Below, piece after piece: positions 25,025 to 38,012 of a stretch of 64,000 nt of DNA. Source of the stretch: Camelus dromedarius (lineage: Eukaryota). Each line of letters opens with the position of its first letter. The stretch's first letter is position 1. The position numbers and the translations under genes were made by a program. The notes beneath the pieces were generated by a model. That model had not been told where the DNA came from, searched no databases, and was given only the letters and a program-made list of their open reading frames with translations. Location of the stretch: assembly GCF_036321535.1 (NCBI RefSeq), contig NC_087472.1, positions 102,984,001 through 103,048,000 on the forward strand, written 5' to 3'.

Positions 25025-25370
25025 CTCTACTTCTTACTAACAAAGTACCTCAAAACTTAGTTGCTTAAAAGAACAACAACCATTTTGTTATATCTCATGA
25101 TTTTATGAGGCAAGAATTGGGCAGGCTTCAGCTGAATGATTCCTCTGCTCCTAATGTTATCAACTAAGATGACATAGCACTGTTCAGCTGGTGGATGGGC
25201 TGGTCTGAAGGGTCCAAGATGGCTTCTTTCACATGTCTGGCAGTGATGGCTGCAAGGCTAGGCTTAGCTGAGACAGTTGACTAGAGTTCCTGTGCCTGGC
25301 CCCTCCAACATGGCGGCCTTAGGATAGTCAGAATCTTTATAAAATGGCTAGTTTCCCTCAAGGTAAGCAG
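25025..25370 (-). mobile_element. MaLR LTR fragment (MLT1G/H-like)
   Basis: caaaacttagttgcttaaaa...tcagctggtggatgggctggtctgaagggtccaagatggcttc. Confidence 0.7.
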
Positions 25371-26320
25371 GCTAAGAGGCTCTGGTCTGTTTATACTCCC
25401 ACTAAGTGTGGGTAACAAGGGCTCAGTGGCATGGATTGGCAGCCCCACAAAATCCTCTAGCACTGAGGGCTCTAGACTGATGCAGGGGTTTAGACACAGG
25501 ATGGCTAGCTAAGGGTGGGCAGGTAAGGTACCTACTTGAAGCAGGCAAGGTGGGGGCTGCAGGAACCCCATCTAAAGGAGATCCAGAATCAGCACTTGCT
25601 GAGTATTGCCACGTGAGGAAGCGATCAGGTACTTCTAGATCTTCCAATGAAGGAGATAAACGGAATTCTGATATCCATGAAGTCTGTGTAATTTTCAGGG
25701 TCTTTAAATGTTGGCAACTAATTTAACTTTTTTCATAGTATTTTGAAACTAGTCTGAAGAATTGATTTATCCATCAGGCTTCCTGTTTACCATCTCCAGG
25801 TGGGGCCTCTCAGGGAAGTCTAGCCTCTGTTTCACTCTCCTAACCTTACAGGAACCCCCTATAATCAATCGCTCCAGATTAAACACCACAAGAGAGAAGC
25901 AACACTATATGAACAGCATAGTGCCAGAGGCAGGGATGAGGGAGGAGCCAACAGAGAATGTTTTATGGAGCTGGTAGCAAGTGCCACTGATTGTTCCATC
26001 TCAAGGGCTGTCTTCCACCAATTATCAGGAAAGTCAGAAAAGAAGAGGATGGGAAGTGGGGGTGGGGTGGTATCTAGGCAGAGATGGGCAAACAGTGGCT
26101 CCAGCAGCAGATGTGAGGATTTTAAGTCAGTAAAGCACTTGGGGAACTAGAGGAACACCCAAGTGGCTGGCTAGGGTAAAAGGGGTAAGAGTGGTGTGAG
26201 ATAAGGCTGGAATGATGGGCTGAAGCCAGATCACAGGGCCTGGGGGGCATGCTAAGAACTTGGGATATAAGAAGGGGCATGGCCTGACTTGATTTGCATT
26301 TCAAAAAGATCCCTTTAGAG

Positions 26321-26534
26321 CATGGCTTCTCAACATGGGCACTACTGACATTTGGGGCCAGGTAATTCTTAGCAATGGGGGCTGGCCTGTGCACTGCAGG
26401 ATGTTTAGTAGCATCGCTGGCCTTTACTCACTAGATGCCAGTAGCAACCTGCTCCCGTTGTAATAATCAAAAATGTCTCTAAATATTTCCAAGTGTCCCC
26501 TGTGGGACAGGGTTGCCCTAGTTAAGAACCACTG
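26321..26534. mobile_element. MER20-like hAT-Charlie MITE nested in an L2 (~26100-27100, minus)
   Basis: ttctcaac..gggcactactgacatttggggccagg...ggatgtttagtagcatc.ctggcct..ac.cactagatgccagtagca...gttaagaaccactg. TSD ctttagag / ctttaaaa. Confidence 0.88.
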
Positions 26535-27444
26535 CTTTAAAATGATGGGTCCAAAGGACACTAATGGTTATGGGGAAACCAGTTAGGAGGTGATTATAGA
26601 AATCCAGGAAAGAGATGATCATGACATGGACTAGTGTGTGGTTTCGAGAGAGAGAGAATAATCATCATAGTTACTAACTTTCCTTGCAACAACCTATCTG
26701 GTAGGTACTATTAGCACCACTTTATAGATGAGGAAACTAAGGAATAGAGAGTTTAAGAAACATGTCCACAGTGGGAGAGCCAGGACTCGAGCATAGGCAG
26801 TTGGGATATACTTTAAGGCCAGAATCAACAGGACTTAGTGATGGCGTTAGGTGGGAAAAGCATAAGGGGAAGAAGAAGGTTACTCTAGTTTGTGGTGGTA
26901 ATGGTGGGTAATGGTGGGTGATGGATAAGTAATGGTGGACAGGGTGACATTTATGGAGTAAAGAATACGGTAAGAGGAACAGATTGTTGGGGGAGAAGAG
27001 AGGGACTCAAAAATGCCATTTTGGACAAATGTTACAATTGAAGTGCCTGGGAGACATTCAAGTGGAGGGATCAAATAAGTAGTTGGAGTGGCTCAGAATT
27101 ATTCCGGATAAAAATGTGTTGTCCCCATTTAAAGTTTTAGTTCCAGTTGTGGATAAAATCATCTACACAGAGTAGAGAATGAGATGGAAAGTTGTGTAAC
27201 TTTCCAATTGCTTTTTCTGCTCTCTTTTGCTTTCTTCTCCTCTCCTGAAAAATTATCTGGCCTACTGGCCACACTTTTAAGGAGATATAAAGACCAAGTT
27301 TGGCCTTTCATCCATTCCATGCTGTTTTATTATTCAACACACCACCATGATCTGGCGTCTTCTTTCCAAGAGATCAGTAACTCAAAGAGGTCTATAGTCT
27401 GTTTTTCATATTCCAGGCCATAAACAGCTCTCAAAACTCAGACT

Positions 27445-27712
27445 GGTTAAGTAGAGGTGGCATAATTAGTGACTAAGAGTTCCATCTCTGAAGTCAGAAT
27501 GCAAGGGTTTGAATCCCAGTTCCATAATATATCAGCAGATGAACTTGGGCAAGTTACTTAAGCTCTCAAAACCATAGTTTCCCCATCTTTAAAATGGGCT
27601 TGATAATAGCTCCTGAGCTCACTGGCTTATTTTGAAAGAGAACTCATGCATAGCACACAGAAGGGTGCCTTGCCCATAGTAACTGCTAAATAAATATTAG
27701 TTGTTCTTATTA
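27445..27712 (+). mobile_element. MIR SINE
   Basis: gggtttgaatcccagttcca...ttgggcaagttacttaa.ctctc...gtttccccatct.taaaatggg...catagtaa.tgct.aataaatattag. Confidence 0.85.
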
Positions 27713-28482
27713 ATTCAGATGAACCATAACTAAACTGGCCATGTTGCTTGTAAAATTTCTTTTAAGCAAAGTCAATTCCAAACACTGACAGATGAAGAAG
27801 AGAATAACAATCCCTCAGCATAATTAGGTGAATTTCTGCAGCATGAGAAGACTGTGGTTGCTCACATGGTAAGATGCTGTCAGGAGCCCTGAAAGCTCTC
27901 TGGCTCATCCTCACACTTCATATTTCCTGATGTATGAAATCCCATTTGCATAGGACAAAGCCTTCCATTCCTGTGTTCAGGGATTTGGGGAGGAGTAAGG
28001 CAGTTAATTTGATGCCCGATGAGTATAACAAAAGAAAAGAACTAGGAGGCACATACCAAAGGACAAATAGCAGCTCCTTCTCAGATCTACGGACAAGGAA
28101 AGATTTTGCTGTTTTGAACAATAATGTATTGTCTCTTTGGGGCTGAGATGATCACAAAGATACATGCCTGGGCATTAAAGCTGGGCCACAGAGGCCTTCA
28201 TGCTCGCTGGGCATCAGAAGCACCAAGCAAGATTCTGAATGATAGCTATCATTCAGATAGGGCCCCACTCTCAGAGCTTCTGAAGCAATTAAGCAGGGTA
28301 CAACCACTGCGGAGTACTGTTTAGCAGTTTCTTATAGAGTAAACATACATTTCCCCTAAGATCCAGAAAATCCACTCAACTGAAAGGAGTGCTCATGTCC
28401 ACCAGAAGACATGCATGAGAGTGCTCATAGCCGCTTCATTCATAGTAATACAAAAAGTGGAAGCAACCTAAATGTCTATGTA

Positions 28483-28797
28483 CAGCCATCCCTTGGTATT
28501 GCAGAAGATTGGTTCCAGGACCCACTACGGACACCAAATTCTGCAGGTGCTCAAGTCCATCATATAAAATGGCATAGCATTTGCATATAGCCTATGCCCA
28601 CTCCTCTGTATACTTTCAATTAGCCCTACATTACTTATAATACCTAATAAAATGTAAGTGCTATGTCAGTAGTTGATGGCACATGGCAAACTCAAGTTTT
28701 GCTTTTTGGAACTTTCTAGAATTTTTTAAAAAATAGTTTTGATCCACAGTCAGTTGAATCAATGGATACAGAATCTGCAGATATGGAGAGCCAACTG
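28483..28797. mobile_element. TcMar-Tigger MITE (MER2-like) nested in an old L1 3' end (~28300-29210)
   Basis: ta|cagccatcccttggtat...gattggttccaggaccc...gctcaagtcc...aaatggcatag.atttgcatata...gatatggagagccaactg. Confidence 0.85.
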
Positions 28798-31439
28798 TGT
28801 AGTAGAATAGGCAAAAAAAAAAAAAAGAGTAGTAGATTCATGACATGGAATACTACATGGCAATGGAAAAGAGTAAACATATGATACACACAACAGCATG
28901 GATGAATCTCACCCATAATGTTAAGTGAAAGAAGCCAGATACAAGAGTATTTACTATATGGTCCTATTTACATGAAGTTCGAAAACAGGCAGGACTCATT
29001 TATAGTAATGGAGGACAAAAGAGTGGTAATTCTTGGAGGGGGTGCTGAATGAGAAGTGTTCTTCTGAGGTGCTGGGAATGATCTATATCTTGATCTGGGT
29101 AATGATAACACAAGGGGATGAATATATAGAATTCATTATGTTGTATAGTTAATATTTTTTCCTCTGGTGTGCATTTATTTGTTTGTTTGCTTTAAATCTC
29201 CATTACAAATATTAAAAAGTCCCCCAGGTGATTCTTACATGTGGTCAGAATTGAGAACCACTGTCATCAGGCTACCATGTACACCAGAGTCCTGCTCTAC
29301 CCACACCCAGCTTTGCTCTTAGGTAGCAGATTTCGCCATGTCATTCTTTGCTCTTATAAAACCACCACAACACTTCTGAGAGGCTAAAACAGAGAAAGCA
29401 CTAAGTGCATCATTTAAAATTCCAAGCAAGGCTATCATCGTCATTAATTCAGCTTTTCTGTACTTTACAATCACTACTGCACTTGAAAATTGTCTTGTCA
29501 GTCCTTAAACTCTGCATATGAGGTCCACATGTCCAGGAAGAAATCTAAGGCATAACAGCTGACCTCTTAACATTCCCCTTGTTTAGAACTTTCCCATCTG
29601 CACTGCAAGTCCAAGCAAGGAATTATGGAATATTAGAACTATGTAGGGGCCTGAGACATCATCCTCTCTGAGGCCCAGACAGGATAAGTGATTTGTCTTG
29701 TGTCACCCAACAAATCAGTAATCTCCTGACACTCTCACTACATTGACACTCTGACATTTTGCCATTAACATTCATTTTTGAATATAGAAATGCTGCCCCA
29801 ACAGCCACCTGGCAAAACATTGGTAGTGATAGCAAGAGGCCTTGGGAGATTTGGTCTCTGTCCACTTAATGTTTTTCTCACCCAGATATTAGCTAAAAAT
29901 GCACCTTCTATTTTTAGCATTACACTTGGCCTGTTAACATGGCACCAATAATCTTGGAGCCCTGTGAGCCTCTGATCACTCATCTGAAGGTGCCAGAGTA
30001 TCCCAAACTAGCTCAATCTGCAATGAAGAGAGTAAAAGAAGGATGGAAGTGTTATGGTGCAAAAGACACTAATCAGATACAGAGTTCAAATCCAAATTTG
30101 CCTCCCATCTGATCTTAAGCAAATCGTGAAAACTCTGAAAGTCTCAGTCTGCCTATCTATAAAATGGGAAAATGAGCTATGGATCAAATAATTCACTGAC
30201 TATTATGAGTATCAAATGAGACAAGGTTTGTAAAACTACCACAAGCCCCTACTCAAACACACAAGGCTTCCTCCCTTTTTCTTTTCTTTTTTTCCCCATG
30301 CTACTAAATATGTCTGTGAAGTCACAGGAGAAGAACAAAGCTGGAAATGTGCTGATGGATAGTTTCTCTGCTAAAATATTTTCCAGCAAAAGACATCTTG
30401 TTAACAAGCTACTCTGTAGACTATAACATATATTTCACAATTTATCTACCTCCTGCAGGATGTCAAAATAATTGGCCTATAATATTTCTAAAATATAGTC
30501 AGTCATCTCTGGATTTATTATGTGCATATGCATTTGCATAATGATGACTGAATTTACACATCGTGCATCTTTCCAGACTTTAGGCTTCCATTACTCTTTC
30601 TTTTAAAATCATAAGTCTTGTTGCAAAATGCAAGAGTCTCTAAGCGTGGTTACCATTTTCTTCGGCCTAAAAATAAGTGATGGAAGCAGTGTTCCACTGT
30701 TAGCTTATAAATGAGAGATTAGTAATCAATGATAACAAACTTGGAATTTCTCCTCCACTGGCCAGAGAAGAGATGCTTCCAGATTTGCTACTCAACTCTG
30801 TCAAGGCAGCAACTTCAACCTCAGTAAGTTGGCAGAATACTTGAGGCAGAAGCACTGCTGCCACCCCCATTTTATCTGCTACTAGGAAAAGATTTTACCT
30901 ACTGCAACCCAAGGTAAGTGGAAACAGAGAGGAGGTGGCCCCAGTAGAGAGTGATGGCTGGTACTGCTGATGGGCTATCCTGAAGCTGTCCCCAGCCCCA
31001 TTCTCCCTTGCTTCCCTAAACTACACAGAATGGAAAGTCAAATGCCTTCCGACATTCCCTTGTGGCTTTGGGTTGCCACATGACTCAGCTCTGGCCCATG
31101 AGATACAACTGAGTCTTTTAGCTTTTTTTGTCCATAGGATGAATCTCACTAGGAATATATAATAAATTACTGTGGTTTAAAGTCATTTGAAATATTTCTT
31201 CCCTCTGTATTTTTGCCACTAACTTACTATACCTTTGGATTTTTTTTTTTTTTAGGAAATGCTTTTTAAATTTAATTTTGTTCAGAGTTATGTATTTACA
31301 TAATTCCAAAGTCAAATCTGCAAAACATGGTAAATCAGAAAGCCGTTTCTATCCCTATCTCTTCTACCTGGTTTCCTCCTTACTACATGTGGCAATTTTT
31401 TAAGTTTTTGGCTTATTTTTCTACTGGTGTTTTTTTTCT

Positions 31440-32402
31440 TAATTTTAATTTTTAAATAATTATAGAAAGTTGCAACAATAATACAGAGAGTTCTCATATA
31501 ACTTTCATACAGCTTCCCTAATGTTATATCTTACTTAACCATGGTACATTTGTCAAAACTAGGAGGTTAACATTGGTAAAATACAATTAACTAAACCATA
31601 GACTTTATTCAGATTTCATTATATTGTTGTCCTACTAATGGCCTTTTTCTGGGCCAAGATCCCATCTAGGATCCTGCATTACATTTAGTTGTCATGACTC
31701 CTTGTCTTCTCCACCTTGAGATGGTTTGCCGACTTTTCTTTGCCTTTTATGGTTTTGACAGCCTTGGAAAGGACTGGCTAGTTATATAATGTCCTTTAAT
31801 TTGAGTTTGAATGATGGCTCTTCATGGTTAAATTCACGTTATGCATTTCTGGCAAGAAAACCATAGACAACATGCTGTGTCCTCCTCAGTGCATTGTATC
31901 TGGAGGCACATGATGTCAATTAACCAATGAGGTCAACCTGGTTAAGGTGGTGTCTGCCAGGTTTCTCCACTGCAAAGCTACTATTTTTCCCTTTGTAGTT
32001 ACTAAATATCTGGGGGAGATACAATTAAGGTATGCAAATACCTTATTTCTGCTCAAACTTTCATCCACTAATTCTAACATCCATTAATAATTCTTGCTTA
32101 AAATAACTATTAGCATAGCTTTTGCCAAATGGTGATTTTCTATTTCCATTATTCTTTCTATATTATTGAAACCTCTATCAAACAAAAGAACTTTTCTGTC
32201 TCCTTCATTTATTATTTTATTCAATTATTTATTTATATCAGTATGAATTCATGGATATTTATCTTATTCTATAGGTTATAATCCATTACTATCATTTGTT
32301 TTATTTCTCATATTTTCTCAGATTTGGCCATGGAGAACTTCTCTTCAAGTTGACTCTCCTGTCCTTTCAACACATCCCCATGATTTTTTAGCACTTTTAT
32401 TT

Positions 32403-32433
<31 letters not shown>

Positions 32434-32738
32434 CTTTTTTAAGGGATGAGGTAATTAGGTTTGTTTACTTACTTATTTTTTCTTTTTTAAGTGGAGGTAC
32501 TGGGGATTGAACCCAGGACCTTCTGCATGCTACGCAGGCACTCTACCATTGAGCTATCCTCTCCCCTAGCACTTTTACTTTCTGACACCACAAGATGTTC
32601 AGGCTCTTCCTGTATTTTCCTGGCCCTAGTCCTGGAATCAGTTACTACTCTAAGGAATCCTGGTTCCTTTTACTGGAGAATGATGTTTTAAAACCAAGAT
32701 TTGGGCACTATGTATGCTTCTTGATACTGAGGTGTCAC
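31440..32738 (-). mobile_element. Old L1M 3'UTR region (L1MD/MC-like), interrupted by a SINE
   Basis: Reverse-complement L1M 3' motifs (cagcttccctaatgtta; catggtacatttgtcaaaact; gcattacatttagttgtcatg; ggttaaggtggtgtctgccaggtttctccactg). Confidence 0.7.
32406..32566 (-). mobile_element. tRNA-Ala-derived SINE, Vic-1-like (camelid-specific)
   Basis: Minus strand reads GGGGAGAGGATAGCTCAATGGTAGAG (A box)...GGTCCTGGGTTCAATCCCCAGTACCTCCA (B box), then an AT-rich AAACCTAATTACCTC tail and A/(GA)n. TSD tagcacttttaYtttct at 32389-32405 and 32567-32583. Confidence 0.88.
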
Positions 32739-32739
32739 T

Positions 32740-33560
32740 GAACATCATCAAAATTAAATTATTTTGCTTTGCAAAAGATAGTGTTAAGAAAATGAAAAGC
32801 CACAGATTGGGAGAAAATATTTCTAGAACACATATCTGATAAAGAACTTGTCCAAGAATATTAGAAACAAAAACAAGAACAAAACAAACAGACAAAAAAC
32901 CTCTCAAAACTCAATAGTAAAAAAACAAACAATTCAATTAAAAATGGGGCAAGAATCTGGACAGACACTTCACCAAAGAAGACACATGGGTGGCAAATAA
33001 GCACATGAAAAGATCTGCAATATTGTGAGTCATTTGAATATGCAAATCAAACCACAATGAGATACTATTATATATCTATCAGAATGGTCAAAATTGAAAA
33101 ACAAAACAACCCAAATATTCTCCATTGCAGAATATATTAAACAAACTGGTACACACATAGAATGAAATCTACTTAGCAATAAAATGGAACAAACTGCTGA
33201 TACATGCAACAACATAGATGAATCTCAAATGCACTGTGCCAGATGAAAGAGGCCAGATCCAAAAGGCTACATCCTGTATGATTCCATTTACATGACACCC
33301 TGAGAAAAGCACGGAAACCAGATCGGTGTTTACCAGAAGCTGGAGTCAGGAGAGAAGATAATTACAAAGGGGCACCAGGGAATTTTGAGGGTTAATGGAA
33401 ATGTTCTGTATCTTGTTCATCATGGCAGCTATAAAACAGTCAGATATAACATGTCACGGTGGTTACATGGATTTGTCAAATTTCATAGATCTGTATACCA
33501 AAAAGAATGAATTTTCCTATATATAATTTATTTCTCAGTAAAAAAGAAAAGAAAAGAAAG
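32740..33560 (+). mobile_element. Old L1 ORF2 3' end and 3'UTR fragment
   Basis: cacagattgggagaaaatatt...acatatctgataaagaacttgt...agacacttcaccaaagaaga...gcacatgaaaagat...atgcaaatcaaaccacaatgagatac. Confidence 0.8.
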
Positions 33561-33680
33561 CAGGGAGGGAGGCAGACAAATTCAAATCACATCTCTGAAA
33601 CTCCAGATTATCTATGTCTTGTCAAATGCTGTCCACAACACTTAACAGGGTGCCATTTAAATTTTTCATAACTTTTTGTG

Positions 33681-33773
33681 GGTTTTTTTTTTTTTTGCCT
33701 TCTCGCTCATTTTATTATTTTTTTCTTTTTAAAACATTTTTTATTGAGTTATAGTCATTTACAAAGTTGTGTC
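33681..33773 (-). mobile_element. Extremely truncated young L1 3' end with a 13-bp 3' transduction-like tag and a second poly(A)
   Basis: Minus strand reads gacacaactttgtaaatgactataactcAATAAA, an A-rich tail, tgagcgagaaggc, then A14. TSD aactttttgtg at 33670-33680 and 33774-33784. Confidence 0.8.
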
Positions 33774-34299
33774 AACTTTTTGTGTTTCTGTGATTACAGA
33801 GGCCTGGAAATAACCATGAAACATCATGTGAATAAAGTACCTGGTACATTAGGAATAGGATTTTTACAAGAAAAGATGAGAAGAGCAGCTATTCTTCTAT
33901 GCTGACAAAAAGTGTAAGAAGTAAACCATGTTAAGAGGCTTAAAAGCTTGAGCTCAGGAAATCTTAATTTAAGAGGTGCAGGTGGGCCAGTTACTCCTTT
34001 TGAATAAAAGGCAGAAAATCCTTCCAGGCTTCATTCAATCTGGTGACTCATTTTGAGTGAATCTGTTCAGAACAATTCCGCAAGGCAACAGGCATTGCTC
34101 ATTACAGTGGCGGGGAAGAGGTGCCAGCCCACTCTGAAAAGGAGCTTTCTCCTCTGTCCCCTCTAAACTTGAAGTCAGGTATCTCGTCCTAATGCCCTCC
34201 TCCCCTCTCCCAATCAAGCCCACATCTTCTCCATCCTGTACAAATCCCTTACAGCCCCTTCTGTGCAAATGAGACCAGGAGTCTACAAATTGCACCCCC

Positions 34300-34560
34300 G
34301 AGCCAAGTCTAGCCAGCTACACGTTTTTGTACAACCTGTCAGTGGAGTGGTTTTCAACAATTTTTTAATGGTTGAAAAAAAATGAAAAGAAGAATATTTC
34401 ATGAAGTGTGAAAATTAGAAGGAATTTGAATTTCAGTGTCCATTAATAAAGTTTTAGTAGAACACAGTTGTGCCTGTTTGTTTCTGTATTGCCTGTGTGA
34501 CTCACAAAGCCTAAAATATGTACTATCTGGCCCTTTACAGAGAAAGTTTGCTGACCCTTA
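34300..34560. mobile_element. MER58-like hAT-Charlie MITE
   Basis: cacaaagcctaaaatat.tactatctggccctttacaga.aaagtttgctgaccct. Confidence 0.75.
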
Positions 34561-36371
34561 ATTTAGGCATTTTCATTCTGTTGCCTCTAAGTTGATGTCT
34601 AGACTATAAATTTATAATAATAATAAAAAAAAGACAAGGTCCAGCAGCGTCCTTTACACACTAGATCTCGTCTCTATGACATCATAACAAACTGTGCTCT
34701 TGTACAATACTTTTTGCTGCTGCTAAGCAGGATAAAGACATGTAGCATTGTGATAGGAAGAGAAACAATTTGAGAAATACATGGAGTCTTTGTTTCTAAA
34801 ACTATCTACTTAAGTATCCCACAGTTGTATACACACTTACAGGAGAGTTTAGAGTCCGAAACAATAACTATTCACTAATTATTGCCTCACAATATCCAAT
34901 CACTCAACTCAAAGAACATTTTATCAATCTATGAAACTCCACAAGTTACATTGTCTTTCCAACGTAAGCGTAACAGTCCTATCCAGAGCTGTGATGGCAA
35001 GTTATACTGATTCTGGGCATTTGCCTCCTCACCTGTTTATAGTCTAGTATTGCTCATATTTTCTTTTGCCATTAATCAGATTATGAGGCCAAATGATAGA
35101 GCAAAAAGAGAGCTGGACCTAGAACAGGATTTAGAATCTAAAAATTTCCACCTATATCTTGGTCATACCACTTACATTGGATGAATTTCATAACATCTTG
35201 TAGCCCTGATGTCCTTATCTGTAAAGTGGAGAAAAAATCACACTTCTCAGGACTTCTAAGTAGTAATAATTATATGAAAGCATCATGCTTATGTTATGAT
35301 AATGATGGTGTGTTCCTTCTATCTTCTGGCCCCTTTCCCTTCTGCTCCGTCAACCTCACTAAAATTACGTCTCTGATATTGGGAAAGCTAATCTGTTAAG
35401 TGAGCCAATGTGGCCAGCAAATCATTTTTTTTTAAATCAGTTGTTTAAAGTTTTTGATTAATTGTTCCTATAAACTCACTTAACAAATCTTTGGCCCTTA
35501 AGCGGACAAAGACTAAACAGTTTAATATTGCTTTTATTCTGTGCTTAGGAAAATAGGCTCATTTTCAATTGGCAGGATCAAAGATGTTTCACTAATAGGA
35601 GATGATGATCAATTAATTATGAGCTACACTTCTGTAAAGAGAAAATGTTCACATCTCTTCCGCAGTCATTATCCTTCAAAAACACAAGAGGTATATCATC
35701 AAATGCAGCAATGATGATCAGATCTTATGAGTTCTGAAGTAATAATTTAAAATGTGACTCCATGAAAAACATACCAATTAAGGGCAATAAAGGGCTAAAA
35801 ACAATTGGCTCTAGACGCTGTTGTGAATAAAGTCAACTCCTATGTATACGTGCTAGGCACTGGGAATTTAACAGCATTGAATTGGGGCTCAGGGCCCAAG
35901 TTTTAGTTCTAAATCAAACATTAACCAGTTGTGTGCAATAGGCAAGTGATGTTTTAGGAGCCAGGTATTGAGCTCACAAATGTTACCTCTCCATTAACAC
36001 AATTTGGTGAGTATGCCTCTTGAGTGTTCTTGGCCCAAATCAGGAGGATGCTTTTTCTAATAAAGCAGTGATTGAAAGGTTCAAAATTCTAAAAGCCATT
36101 GGTTATAAGGGTTGTTGGATTTTTAAAACAGTCTCCTTTATTCAGTTGAAGATTATATGCAATAAGAATCCGATAACACCCACTGAGTCTCTTGGCCTTC
36201 TGCTTGTGAGGTTGCTTTGCTTTCATTGCCCCTATGACCTAGCAGTAAAGACCAATCCCAAACAAGGTCAGGCTCCCTTGTATGTGTCTTGGCCCCAAAA
36301 AGATCCGCTTTGTTCTTTAATACCTGAGATGATTGAAAATAATGACCTCGGAAAAAGAAAAAAGCAACCTC

Positions 36372-36813
36372 TGATATCCAAAACTAATCTAATGTTCACA
36401 ACTAGACCTTAGTATTTTTACAAGCTCATTTGACACTCACAGCCAGGCCATTTTTGTTCTCCTATAGGACATAAACTCACACAATACCAGCCTCAAACAA
36501 GGTTACTCTGAGATCATGATAAAATGAAAGGAAACAAGACCACTTCATAATTTTAAGCACAAATAAAAATAAGATCACTGTGCCACTCAAAAAACACCCA
36601 GTCATAGCATTGTCCTCACTCTCTGCCAGCATCCCATCTAGACCCAACTCCTGCTTCCTTAGACTCTCCCATAACTCCTCCTTGTGGAGCCCAAAACCTG
36701 TATGTTCTAATACCCTCTTACTGAGGGACCCCATGATCCCCTGCAAAGAGTAATAAACCAAATTTATTTAATCAAGTGTGCTTCCAGTAGTCTTTGGCTA
36801 AAGGGCATTGACA
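36372..36813 (+). mobile_element. ERV1-class solo LTR (MER31/MER67-like)
   Basis: TG...CA termini (tgatatcc...ggcattgaca), 4-bp TSD cctc (36368-36371 / 36814-36817), AATAAA at ~36752. Confidence 0.8.
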
Positions 36814-37514
36814 CCTCCAAATACATCTTTTCCTCTCTCATCTGGGACACCAAGAGCCAGGCTGATAGAAATACTACAAAGGTACAAACAAGCGGAAAAA
36901 AAAATCTCACCACATACAGCAAGCTATAAAGACTTGGCAAAACAACTCTGCACTCCAGTTCCTGTCCCCTTTGTATCTTTTCCTTAATTATCTCTTGAAA
37001 AATGGACTCTCCCAAGTTTGACCTATAAAAAAAGAAACTGGACTAGAAGGATATTTCCCAAAAGGCGTTCTTTAGGAAACTAGTGTCCTTCAAATGCTGA
37101 TAGGTGTTTCCAGAAAGGATTCTGTGGGAAAATGCAATTGAGTAAATCTCCTCTTATAGTTTTAGTTCCAGTTCTACAAGCTACTTTGAGAGTCATTTAA
37201 ACTTCCATTTACTTAAATCTCAGTTCCTTGCCTGCAGAATGGTTCCTTTACTATGCCCTGCCCATTCCTCAATATTTGGAAGCAAATGAAAAATGTGACA
37301 GAAAAGTACTTCAAAAACAGGAGAGAACTTCTCAGGTGAGACATGGAGGCAGCAGTGAGTCCACTGGAGAGATCCTTAAGGGCAAAAGTCTAATCCAGAA
37401 ATCAGGCCAAAGGACATGTGTGTGAACTAGAGCTAGCACAGTGAGAAAGGGGAGGCTGGGTGTTCCGGGGCTATGGCCAGGTGACAGTTCAACCAAAAAC
37501 TTGCATAAAACAAC

Positions 37515-38012
37515 CATTTGTTGTGTTCAGATTCTGCAGGTCAGAAATTTGAACAGTGCATATGGGGATGGCTGGTCTCTGCTCTACAATGTCTGGGACC
37601 TCAGCTGAGAAGTTACAAAGTCTGGAAGCGACTCAATGGCTGGCAGCTAGAGTCATCTTGAAGGCTTCCCCATTCGCCTGTCTGGTGGTCGAGACTAGCA
37701 ATTGGCTGAAACACTTATAAATGGCTTCTCCGTGTGGTCTCTTCACGTGGGCAAGTTTGAGCTTCCTAACAGCGTGACAGCTGGGCTCTAAGAGAGCAAG
37801 AGGGAATTGCAAGGCAAGTGTATGACTTATTCCAGAAGTCACATAGTGTCACTTGTGCCATATTTTAATGGTCAAGGCAGTCACAAAGTTTCACCCAGTT
37901 CAAGGGGAAGAGATGTAGACCCCCACCACTCAATAGCAGGAGTGTCAAGGTCACACTTAAGAAGAGCATATGGGATAGTAGATGTTTTTGTGACCATCTT
38001 TGGAAAATACAG
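37515..38012 (-). mobile_element. MaLR LTR (MLT1H-like)
   Basis: gattctgcaggtcagaaatttg...ctctgctctacaatgtctggg.cctcagctg...gtgtcaaggtcacact..agaagagcat.tgggat...ccatctttggaaaataca. Confidence 0.75.

Noticed and set aside
27918..28324. Overlapping short ORFs in unique-looking sequence
   Set aside because: No recognisable domain or splice structure; the lengths are what chance would give.
32495..32566. tRNA-Ala-like sequence on the minus strand
   Set aside because: It has an AT-rich tail, poly(A) and a TSD, and the stems are degenerate. It is a SINE head, not a functional tRNA gene.
31440..33560. Divergently oriented L1 pieces meeting at ~32740, resembling twin priming
   Set aside because: Both pieces contain 3'UTR sequence and no shared TSD was found. 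They are more likely separate old elements.
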